A DNA stretch of 64,000 nt, taken from NCBI GenBank assembly GCA_013239625.1, contig MU054220.1:2541374-2605373 (forward strand), given 5' to 3'. This document shows positions 34,501 through 43,772 of this stretch, in pieces; position 1 is the stretch's first letter; every line of letters starts with the position of its first letter. The notes below the pieces were generated by a model that saw only the letters and a program-made list of their open reading frames with translations, did no database searches and was not told the DNA's origin. The DNA is from Lama guanicoe (Eukaryota). The translations under genes and the position numbers were made by a program.

Positions 34501-37500
34501 TCCAAGTTCCCAGGTAGGCCAGGGAGCAGCATCCCAGAGTAAGGATGAACGAGGGCAGGGGATGGGATGTGAAGGCTCTCCTCTCACAGGCCAGGCAATG
34601 TGCTGGCCCTGCCCTTAAAGCTCTAGGCATCCATGGTGCCCTAAGGATGGGAGTGGGTGAAGGCGAAGGCAGGGCCCCTCTGATATCTGAGATCCCAAAC
34701 TTTCCTTCCCCTTTAGGGCCAAGGTCAAACTAGAACAGGAGCAGGAGGGAAGATGGTGCTTTTTCCTCCTTGACTCCATGGGAACCCTGCTCTGAGAACA
34801 GCATTAAGATGTCCCCTTCTCTGTAAGTGTCAGTTTTCTCATCTGCACAGGGGACAATGTTGCCTCTATAAAAGCTCGGTAAAAGGGACACAGCCCCAGT
34901 CCTCTCTGCTGCTGAAATGCCTTCCAATAACTCCTTTGCCAATAGGGATGGGGATATTGGGGAGGGAGGATGTGGAGGTTACCTCCTCTGAGAACTATCC
35001 ATGACCTCTAGCCTGGCTGGATGCTTCTCCTAGGGCTCCCATCATGCTCTGCTCTATCATGGTGCCCAACGGTGCTGCTACTGTCTGCTTCCATCTTTCT
35101 CTCTCACATTTGGCAGTGAGTGGCTGGAGGTCACTCTGCATAGTGACCAGCACTGGCGTTCCTTTAGTTCCCGGTTGTTAAAAGACTAATGTGTGTATTG
35201 AAAAATAACGAAGTGAATTCCCGGCTAGCCCAGGGAAGCCGAAGGGACCTCACAGCAGATCAGGGCACAGACATTTTTGTGGGATCCAGCATCCCCATCA
35301 CCCAGGGCTGGCTGGGCCAGGACCCTGAGAATCCCAAGTCCCCTTCTGGAATGATCAATACACCTCTTGAATACTCAGGCCTGGTCTTTTTTTTTTTTTT
35401 TTAAAAAAAACATTTTCCTCTTCCCTTATAGGGACTGCCCTGGTCTGAAGTAATTTTCCCTACAAATACAGTCAGTCTTTGACATAGAGCAAAGTCCATT
35501 ACCATGTGACCAAAACTTGGCTTCTGTCCTATGCGTGGGGCCCATTTCAAATAAAGGTGAGCAAAACTCTTTTCTCTGTGGGGCTGGTAAAAAGTGACTG
35601 CCTCACACTCCTTTGGAACGTCCTCAGTTTGGTCTGCTGCATTTACTAAGGTTTCACAATCTTTATGTGTGTGCTTTTTCTGATAGTATAGACCCACTGA
35701 AAAATGCTACTTTTCATTGATCCTGCAATAACATTACTCCACATTTTACACGATTGAAAATTTTGGACTCTGCTCATTGCCTTATGGTGGAGTTTAACTG
35801 TATGAAGTGCCTATTTTGTGCCATGATACTGTGCTAGGTTAATGGCAATGGACACAACTGTCATGGTCTCTATTCTCATGGGACTTGCTTTCTCACAGAG
35901 GAAATGGACAGTAAGCCAATAAAATAACTGCAAATTGGGATAAGGGCTATAAATAAATCAAAGAACCAACAGAAAATAATACAGAGTTCCATTTGAGGTG
36001 GTTGGGGAGGCTTCTCTAGAGAGGTGACATTTGAACTAAGGAAGATGAGATGGAGAGAACTGGAGAGAAAGCATGTTCTAGATGTCAAGAATAGCATGTA
36101 CAAAGGCCCTGGGGCCAGGACTAGAAAAGACTTAGTTTTTACATTTTTTTTGGCAGCAGGAGGTAACTAGTATGTATGTATGTATGTATGTATGTATGTA
36201 TGTGTGTGTGTATGTGTGTATGTATGTATGTATTTAATGGAGATACTGGGGTTTGAAGTCAAGATGTCCTGAATGCTAAGCATGTGCTCTACTACTGAGC
36301 TATACCCTCCCCCTGAAAAGACTTCATTTTAAGCTGGGTGAATGTGGATCCAGGAGTCCCAGAGCAACCTGAACAAGAGGAAACTGGGGAAGATGGAAGC
36401 CCTAGAGTGAAGCAATGCTCAAGGGTGAGGCCTAAGCCACAAGTTCAAATCTGCTGTGGATCAGTCAGCTCTAGACTGTCCTAGACCAGGGGTTGTGGAT
36501 GTCTGTGCCTGTGCCAAGGATGGGAATGACTCAAGGCAATGACAACTCACTGGAAACTGTCCTGAATTTCAGAGACTGTGTGGGCTGCAGAACCCTGATG
36601 GCTGGGAGCAGATAAGCTTAAGCACCCTTTTCCCTCCTCTCTAAAATATGTGGGGTCTGGCCTGGGCTCCCTTTCATTTGTTCAGCAATGGTTGGTTGAA
36701 GCCTACTCTGTACCAAGCTCAGTACCATGCACTGGGGATACAGCAGTGAACAAGACAGAAATGCCTGCCCTCATGAGCTCATATCCCAGTGGAGAGCAAA
36801 AACAAAATAAAAAGCTGCCCCAAATAAACTCAGTGTTTTGGAGGAGGAGGAGGAGGAAGAGGCGTCTGGGGAGGGCTCCCTTCCTGAACAGGAGCCCTGA
36901 GATCTGGGCTCCTCCATTAGTTTTTCTCTATTAGTTCTTTCCTAGTGGATTCTACTTGGAGACCAGAGCTCCTTGGCCCTTGGGTCCTCTTTTGTGTTGG
37001 TGAGAATTTAAAGAGAAATACACATACACCTTTCCTTTTAAGGGCTGTTAAAGGCCCACACACAGACATTGGAACACCCAAATGCACATACTTCTCTAAT
37101 CTCCCTAAATCCCCCAAAGGCTGGGGGTGGAGGGAGGGGAGGGGGTGGTGGTAGTGGTGGTGAGCTTAGGGGAAGCCAGGCTGGGGGCCTGGGAAACAGC
37201 AGTCAGGCTTAGCCCTCACACCCTTTTCCCCTGGGCTGATCCCTGGTCCTGGTCATTCCCACACCTGGCCCCCCCATCTGCTGGGAGGTGAATAAGTGTG
37301 CTGGGCAAACATCCTTGCAACTTCCTGCTGCTCCCCTCTGAGACAACAGAACTCCTCTTCCTCCTTCTCCTCCTCCCCACACCCTCCCAGCTGGGGCTTC
37401 TCTGGGATCCAAAGCCATTTCCCCCTCTAGAGAAACCAGAGTCATCTCTTCCCCTTAGTTGACTAGAGGAGGAACCTAGTGTCTCTATCTGGACACATGA

Positions 37501-40430
37501 CCTATTCTCCCTTTGGTCCTTCATCTGAGGCCCAAAGCATCAGGCCCTCTCTCATACTTGCCCAGGGGCTGAAGGATCACAGGGTACAAGGAAAGAGGAT
37601 TCCAGGGAGGCCACTTCAGGAACTGTGGGAGAGTGGGGAGGAGATGGGAAGAGAAGCCCCTTCATTTGGTAGGAAGGGCAGCTTCTTTCGAGGGATGTCT
37701 CTGAGAATCACATAGACAAGACTGCAACAGGATGAAGGTATCTTCACAGAAGAAAAAAATACAGCATCCTGGTTACCTCCAAGCGCACATGACTTTGCAT
37801 ACTCATTCTCCTGTCTCTGTCCAAGCGAAAGCATATTTCTTACACAGCTGTGTTCAGAATGAACATACTTTTTGCCTTTTGCCTTTTTACAGAGTAACAG
37901 AGCACACACGATTTCCATTGTGACTTTATGACCTTTATCTGTATTTTTAAGGATACTGAATATCTTGCCCTCCAACTTCCAGACTGAGAAGCACACAGAC
38001 TCCACCCTTGCCCATCTTTAACCCTGGATACATTTTCCCATCCTCATGCAGAATGAAGAGTGAACTGAGGATAGGGTTGGTATGGCATCCCAGCTGCGAG
38101 GGACCTTAGACATCTAAATGGAAGTACCAGAGAAGGAAGGTGACTTGCACAGGGTCACCCAGCAACTCCTACTTGAGTAGTTCTTATCCCTACCCCATCT
38201 CATCTCCAGAGTGTGTTAAGAACGGAAACTTACCTGCCAGGCATCATCCTACATCAATCTTTAGTTTTCTCACTAAATCTCTGCAATAACACTGTGGGGA
38301 AGCTTCTGTAACTCCATTTTTCAGATAAGGACTCCAAGGCCCACAGGAAGAAAAGTCACTTGTGTGAACTGCCCAGCTCTCTGGTGGCAGAAGCACAGCT
38401 AGAACCAAATTTCCTGACTCCCAGCCCAGGAGTTTTCTTTCTCTTTGGAAATTCTTTTCTCTACCCTTGCCTTACCTGGCCTTGCTTAGGCCCAAGGTCA
38501 GGAGCTTCCCCTGCAGGGCTCTCCCTCCCCAGACCCAGTGCTGGATACCGCTGTCTGATCATGGTTATGCCTCCTTTCCTGCGCTGGACCAAGGCCCAGA
38601 TGAGCAGCTGGGGATGCAAGGCTGAATGGAGCAGCAGGAAGAGGCTGTAGGCGGCAGAGTTCATTCAGAAGAAATCCCAACTCAGAGCTGCCAAGGGCTG
38701 AGGGAACCTCACAGGGGGGCTCTACCAGCCCCCTTGGCTGCAAAGGTATACCTCCAACAAGCCCCCTCCCTCTGACCAGTATGGGTCACCAACTCCAGGA
38801 GGGGTGTATGGAATCCCAGATCCCTGCCACTTCATTCCTAGGATCTGTGCCAGACCATCCTTAGAAAGACCCCAATCCAGCCTTTCAAACTGAGGCCCAG
38901 AGAGGAAAGCTGGTTGCACGGCCCAGGCTCACAAGGAAAGGAAGAGGTAGAAGCGGTTCTAGAATTCAGGTCTCCCCACTATTGGTTCAAGTTCTCTCCC
39001 CTCCTCCACTTGGCTTGTCTGCAGAAGTGTGCTCCCTCTGACTGGGACCTGGGGCCTTCCTCAGAGAGCAGGGTGACCTGGATCTGCTGCCTAATGAGGG
39101 ACCGGGAGACCTCTCACCGCACGCCTTCCTGACTCAGGTTCCTGTCCCTTGGCTTATTTCCTTTCCCACTGTCAGTCTAGCAGTTTAAGTGGAAGTCCAA
39201 GATGCCTAATCCTGTAAGTCTCTATGCACTTGGCTCTTGTCTGCCAAGTTTATCTTAGTCCCAGGAGGTAAAGGCCAGCAAAAGAGACCCTTGAAATGAT
39301 CACTGGGTGTGAGGGGGGTGGTGCAGGGGGAGACTGGCAGTTCACTGCATGGGGGCAGTGGTGGTGGTGGAATTCCACCAGATTCCCCAAGTTGCCTACA
39401 TTTCAACCTGGCAGGCCTTTCTGAACCCAAATATTTTCTCCCTTATTAAGTTCATCCTTCCACCTTCCCAACCAGGGCCTTAGGGCTGAGCCTGAGAGAG
39501 GGAGGGAGGGAGGGAAGAAGAGAGAAGCCAGCCACGTTTCCTTAGGGAGGGAGGAGAAGAGAAAGAGAAGGACAAACCCAGAGACAGACATGAAGAAGAC
39601 GTAGGGAGAGAGAGAGAAAGTCCAGACCTAGAGAAAGACCTCGCTGCCTGAGCGATCGCCCGGTGCTGCCTTGACCAGTTGAGGATCAGGTCCCTGCCTG
39701 GGGGATCTCTGGCCTGACTTCCTGGGGCGGACATAGTAGTACCCCTAAATTTCCGGGTCTGGCTCAAAACCCGCCCTGGCTCTGGCCCCCCGAGGGTGTC
39801 TGGTCTCTGGCCCTTCGAACGCTCCCCTGTGCGCCCCCCAGCGGAGAACCAGATACGGAGCCACCGAGGTCCTAAAGGGGGCGCAGGAAAGGGCGCCGCC
39901 ACTTTTCGCCCAGTCTGGTTCCGGAACCCCGGAGGGGGTGGAGGAGGACTAGAAGACATGGGGGCGGGGGGGAGGGTAAGAATAGGTGTCTCTTGAGCTC
40001 ATATCCGAGGAGCGGATGGCCCCGACGCCTAGACTTTCCCCCCCTTAGAAGGCGGGGGCCAGTCTATCCATGGAAGGAGCCCCCAGGAGGAGCGTGCACT
40101 GGCGCAAGCTCAGAGGCTCCGGTCCAGGTTCGGGGTCCAGGGAGGTGTCGAGGGATCTAGTCACCAAATCTCAGAGCTCTAAGCACGTGTATCTCAAGGG
40201 GACACTGCACCCAGCCCCCTCCCCCACTTCTGCCCAGTGATGTGTTGTCCAGTCCTTCAGGGGGCCCCGGGAGCACTACAAAGAGGAGCGAGGAGTGGTG
40301 GAAAGAGGACATAGACCCTTTATCTTACCGCATTGTTGAGGAAATCCGACTCGTTCAGATCCCCCAAGTCCAGGAAGCTGGATCCCGGGAACAGCCTGTC
40401 GGCCGGGAAGGGCTCTAAGACGGCGTCCAT
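7469..40430 (-). CDS. CREB3L1: CREB3L1/OASIS, complete spliced CDS (12 exons, 1563 nt, 520 aa): acidic activation domain, bZIP, single TM helix, ER-luminal tail
   Basis: Exons translate to [34 protein letters not shown]...[66 protein letters not shown]...[17 protein letters not shown]...MPSRSLLFY...[12 protein letters not shown]. All 11 introns are GT-AG. Exon lengths 102,229,185,79,158,150,59,69,100,127,268,37 sum to 1563. Confidence 0.98.
7688..7955 (-). CDS. CREB3L1: CREB3L1 exon 11 (luminal domain, RSLL S1P-type motif, NST sequon)
   Basis: ctccag|TG...AG|gtgggt; (M)[18 protein letters not shown]...[21 protein letters not shown]. Confidence 0.97.
8305..8413 (-). mobile_element. tRNA-derived SINE (Vic-1-like), intron 10
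   Basis: Same A/B-box head as the other copies, with T-runs on the plus strand. Confidence 0.8.
8651..8791 (-). mobile_element. tRNA-derived SINE (Vic-1-like), intron 10
   Basis: Same head; 16-bp TSD AGAATGAGATATTTTT at 8635-8650 and 8794-8809. Confidence 0.85.
10455..10581 (-). CDS. CREB3L1: CREB3L1 exon 10 (transmembrane helix)
   Basis: taccag|GTG...A|gtgagt; [42 protein letters not shown]. Confidence 0.97.
11550..11649 (-). CDS. CREB3L1: CREB3L1 exon 9
   Basis: cctcag|G...ATG|gtaggt; (R)[33 protein letters not shown]. Confidence 0.97.
12925..13260. mobile_element. Two adjacent MER5-family (hAT-Charlie) elements, intron 8
   Basis: AAATCACC..GGATCTTGTTGAAATGCAGATTCTGATTCAG and AGAATCACCCAGAGGGCTT..GCATTTCTAACAAATTCCCAG motifs. 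Confidence 0.7.
13533..13601 (-). CDS. CREB3L1: CREB3L1 exon 8 (leucine zipper)
   Basis: ccacag|A...AG|gtaggt; (K)[22 protein letters not shown]. Confidence 0.97.
13801..13859 (-). CDS. CREB3L1: CREB3L1 exon 7 (basic region)
   Basis: ctctag|ATC...AA|gtaagg; [19 protein letters not shown]. Confidence 0.97.
14012..14161 (-). CDS. CREB3L1: CREB3L1 exon 6 (region before the bZIP and start of the basic region)
   Basis: ccacag|AAA...AAG|gtaaag; [50 protein letters not shown]. Confidence 0.98.
14831..14988 (-). CDS. CREB3L1: CREB3L1 exon 5
   Basis: ccccag|AG...CAC|gtaagc; (E)[52 protein letters not shown]. Confidence 0.97.
16436..16565 (+). repeat. Degenerate (TGGA)n simple repeat
   Basis: GATGGATGGA...TGGATGGATGGATGGATGAA. 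Confidence 0.85.
16815..16893 (-). CDS. CREB3L1: CREB3L1 exon 4
   Basis: tctcag|GCC...CCAG|gtaagt; [26 protein letters not shown]. Confidence 0.97.
17171..17238 (-). mobile_element. Extremely 5'-truncated retroposon (L1 3'-end-like) with poly(A), intron 3
   Basis: Pure T-run plus TTTTTTATTGA..TTTTACAGTGTTGTG; perfect 15-bp TSD CAGGGCCATCTTTTT at 17156-17170 and 17239-17253. Confidence 0.8.
17963..17981 (+). promoter_or_regulatory. CTCF-like motif in intron 3
   Basis: TGGCCAGCAGGGGGCAGTG matches the CCASYAGRKGGCRS core with only one deviation (A at the Y position is absent; all core positions fit). Confidence 0.55.
18691..18875 (-). CDS. CREB3L1: CREB3L1 exon 3
   Basis: ccccag|AC...CAG|gtgagc; (D)[61 protein letters not shown]. 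Confidence 0.97.
21425..21580. mobile_element. MER5A-like element, intron 2
   Basis: ATCAGAATCACCTGGA...GAGAATCTGCATTTCTAACAAATTCCCAGGTGCTGCTGCTGGTCTGGGAACCAC. Confidence 0.75.
21718..21946 (-). CDS. CREB3L1: CREB3L1 exon 2
   Basis: ccctag|CAC...CAAG|gtaaga; [33 protein letters not shown]...MEDTTQ. Confidence 0.97.
25580..26300 (-). promoter_or_regulatory. Intronic CpG-rich element with CCAAT, GC-rich and TATA-like motifs (candidate alternative promoter or enhancer)
   Basis: Local CpG cluster; CCAAT on the minus strand at 25812-25816; palindrome CTTTAAATTTAAAG at 25711-25724. Confidence 0.55.
32550..32687 (-). mobile_element. tRNA-derived SINE (Vic-1-like) inserted in a MIR, intron 1
   Basis: Same head and tail; near-TSD CAAGG(G/A)TTCTCT. 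Confidence 0.85.
36135..36313 (-). mobile_element. tRNA-derived SINE (Vic-1-like) with internal (TATG)n/(TG)n expansion
   Basis: Same head; TSD GAAAAGACTT on both sides; microsatellite at about 36169-36233. Confidence 0.85.
40329..40430 (-). CDS. CREB3L1: CREB3L1 exon 1, coding part (aa 1-34)
   Basis: Strong Kozak context gccgcgATGG; encodes [34 protein letters not shown]; donor GCG|gtaaga. Not present in the ORF track. Confidence 0.97.
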
Positions 40431-40616
40431 CGCGGCGGGCTCCGGAGACCCCCTTCGGCTGGGCTTCTCTCACTCCAGGGCGGCGGCGCGCCCGGCCCAG
40501 AGCTCCGGCCTGAGCGCTGGCAAGCGGGCGGGGGGCACGTCCCGGGCGAAGCCCCGGGAGAGGGGCGGGCGGAGGCGGCGCGGCCCCGGGTAGGGGGCTC
40601 AAGGGGCCCGGGGGCC

Positions 40617-40673
40617 TTAGGGCAGCCGCTCAGACAGGGCTGGGCTCAGGGGCCCCGGGCGCACCGCGGGCAT
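40617..40673 (-). other. uORF2 (18 aa, MPAVRPGPLSPALSERLP*)
   Basis: ATG immediately follows the uORF1 stop (TGA ATG); TAA at 40617-40619. Confidence 0.65.
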
Positions 40674-40724
40674 TCAGCCGACTCCTCCTCCTCCCGCTCC
40701 TCCGGGGGCACAGCTGGCTTCCAT
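40674..40724 (-). other. uORF1 (16 aa, MEASCAPGGAGGGGVG*)
   Basis: ATG at 40724, TGA at 40674-40676, inside the presumed 5' leader. Confidence 0.7.
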
Positions 40725-43700
40725 GGGGAGCCCAGGAGTGGGGCTGAGGGCTTGGAGAGCCCCCCCGGACAGGGTGGGAGCCGGGGGCGGGGGAGCTGAG
40801 CGCTCCCCCGAGACTGGGTGGCTGCTGGACGCTCCGCTCTCTCTACGTCTCCCTCTGCACCGCTTCTGTCACTTTCCTCTCAGTGAAACCGGGAACCCCT
40901 GGCTGGTTAGCCCAGCTGGCCGAGGCGCCACGCCCCCATATCAATATTCACGATAATTTCATATTAATGAGGAGAGGGAGTGGCCTGAGGAGTCGTCCTT
41001 CCTCTTTTAAAGAGACAGCTGCAAGCTAGTCTTTGCCAAGCTCTTTTCTCTGAACACTCTAGGTAGGGGCTTGAAGCAAGATTGTCTTAGAGCTGGTAAC
41101 TGTGTTCCTCGAATTCGTCATCTTAAGGCTTTGCCAACCACTCTCCCATAAGTTCATGAGGGAACTGAGTTATTTCTATTCTTCCAGGCTTGTACTAGAG
41201 CCTGAACCAAATCCAAAGTCAGGGAATGCCATCTCATGGACTCCTCTGTTGAGAAATGGGGAGATTTTCACATGTCTCCTCCTCCAGGAAGCCTTCATTG
41301 ATCTGCAGGCTGAAGCAGTTACCACTACGATACAATCACAGGACATTGTAGTGCTTACCTCCACTGTGGCGAGTCTAATGCAGTATTTTCATTGTTTGCT
41401 CACATGTTTATGACCCCCACTAGACTCTGAGATCCCTCAAGGCAAGGACTGTATTCAGCTTTCCTATGTGTGAAAGGGCTAGGGGAACAACAGAGATGAG
41501 GTAAGGACTTCTTTTCTCATCAATCATTAAGTCCTCCTAATGGTTCTGAAGAGCAAGAAGTTGGAGAATAGTGGCCATGGAGTCTGCATGAGCCAACCTG
41601 CTGGCTGACTGCATGCTCCATGGTCACCGGACACTCCCAGGCCCCCTGGATCCATTATCTAAGTGGCCTGCTCCAGAGTACAGCTTAATCTCTTGAAAGG
41701 GCTGATAAACAATCACCAGGCACCTGAACAAATGGAAGTGGTCAGAAAGTCACTCCCTCAGAGGGCTGGGCACGAGGTTCCTGCCCAGAAGTCATTAATA
41801 GGATTAAGTGTATCCTCCCTGTCTGGAGCTTTTAATTAGCTCAGGAACCAAAAGGCCTTTAAAGATGTCAATGCAGTTAAGCCAGGGATGTCACCCAAAT
41901 TGCTCTCTCAGTGCCAAAGTGGGGAAAGGGCACACACCTAGGCTGAGACAGCAGTTGTTTGCTTGCCTGGGGCAGGCAGGCAGGCTTGTGGCTTTCCCTC
42001 CACCTCATGATCCATTTGACATAGTTCTGGACAATGAAGTTCTGACCCTCACGTGACTATTAGCACCCAGGCCTCCTGGAGAGTTTGCTCCTGAGAAGCT
42101 GGGAATATAGCTGGTGCTCTGTGGACCAGTTCACCAGTAATATAACTCTGAAAAGTTCGGCTGGGCCAAAAAGAAATCAGTTCACACTCAAAACAGTTGG
42201 CAAGTAGAATTGGGGTACTGAGGCCACCGATGTTTTCTCCAAATGCATCACAATTGGGGACAAGTCAAACACTGAGAATATGGCTGATCCTTTGTGGGGA
42301 GGTGGGTGTGGTCTCTGGTGGGCGGACAAGTCAGTCTACAGTGGGTGAGATTGCGGCTGCAGGTGTCTGGAGTCCTGGCTCCTGAGCTGGAGTCCCTGAA
42401 GGCCCCCAGGAGGAACAAAAGTGCCCCTCGGCCTGAGGTTGGCTGGAAATTGTGCCTGTGTTCCTCCCAGCCTGCTCTGTAATTAGAGACACAGGCACCA
42501 CTTAAGTGATTGGGGAAGATTATATAGTTTTAAATAAGATTAGAGTGCTCTCTCTTTCCTGATTCTTACTCAGGTGAACACCCCAGGAAACCATTGAAAA
42601 TAATCCTGGGGAGACATTCTGGTTCCGGTACCTCCTGTGGAGTCTGAGAGGCAGGATCTCCCAAGAGAAATCCTGGGGGGCAGGGGTGGGGAGAGGAGAG
42701 AATGGGAACAGGCAGTGCGGAGCCTGGCATGTGCCAGGGAAGATGAGAAAGGTGAGGATGGAAGGGGGTTTATTCACATGGTCTGCAAGTATTGAGCACC
42801 TGTGAATGGTCCCTAGACCAGGCACTGTAGATACAGTGCTGATTAAGAACTTACGTTCTAGAGTGAATGAGGAAAGAATGGGTAAAAAAAAATGTTAAGA
42901 AGATAATTTCAGATTGTGATAGGACTATAAAGGGAATAAAATAGTGTGATATGACTGAGTGGGTAAGGAAGGCCTCTCTGAAGAGGTGATATGTGAGCTG
43001 AGATCCGAATCATGAACTGGAGTCATTTATGGGGCAAAATGGAGGGAAAAGCATTCCAGACAAAGGGAACAACAAGTAGAAGAGAAAGAGAAAGCCTGGG
43101 AGGGGGCAGGCAGTGACATGGGAGACAGATGAGGAATGGGAAACCCTGCAGCCCTACACAAATACTTATGGTACTTACAGACTCACTGAGGCTCAAGTTT
43201 CTACTCTATTCAAGTAGTGGAAAGAATTGTGCATGTTCAGATTAGAGAGTCCACCTGAAGTCTTCTGTCACAGAGCATCCCTTCTGTTTCTACTTCTCTT
43301 AAAGATTTTCCAGGAGAGGAAATTAGACGGCTTGTGGGGTCTGGAGTCTGGGTTCTGACCCAAAAGGGAGGGCCTGCTTCTTCCATGCCAGTCCTGAGAC
43401 TGGTCCTACAACCCAGATGCCTCAGGCCCCTTCTCTACATCTGAAGGGGTCAGGGGAAGGAGGCCAAGATGGCTTCTGCAAACACCCCCAAAATTCCAGG
43501 TCCAGAAAAGCTTGCAGACCTTAGCCCCTCCTGCTATGGGCTCAAGAACATTTGGTTGGTGCTCCCAGGCAGTGGCTCCAGCTGTGAGGAGAAATGCATA
43601 ATGATACCCCAACTCAGGCAGTGACGCAAAGGAGAGAAAGGGCAGAGATAAGCTTCCTGCTGGTCCCAGACACTGAAGGTCAGTTGGAGAGAGTGGCGCC

Positions 43701-43726
43701 TGCCAGGCTGAGCTCTGAGCCGGGAT

Positions 43727-43727
<1 letters not shown>

Positions 43728-43771
<44 letters not shown>
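43728..43771 (+). repeat. (TG)n(AG)n microsatellite
   Basis: About 18 perfect TG units followed by AG units. Confidence 0.95.

Positions 43772-43772
<1 letters not shown>

Larger units (their letters stand above)
39640..40970 (-). promoter_or_regulatory. CREB3L1: CpG-island promoter, 5' UTR and start of intron 1 of CREB3L1; TSS probably near 40900
   Basis: Dense CpG around the start codon; GC box GCCACGCCCCC at 40927-40937; abrupt AT-rich block at 40938-40969. Confidence 0.85.

Noticed and set aside
33985..34542. 185-aa antisense ORF in intron 1
   Set aside because: Non-ATG start and no recognisable domain; such ORFs are expected by chance in GC-rich DNA.
37929..37936. NBRE (AAAGGTCA, NR4A site) in intron 1, with another at about 11785
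   Set aside because: About two hits of a given 8-mer are expected by chance in 64 kb on both strands, and there is no supporting context.
40928..40945. Possible ER stress element (CCACG near a CAAT)
   Set aside because: Order and spacing fit neither ERSE (CCAAT-N9-CCACG) nor ERSE-II (ATTGG-N-CCACG).
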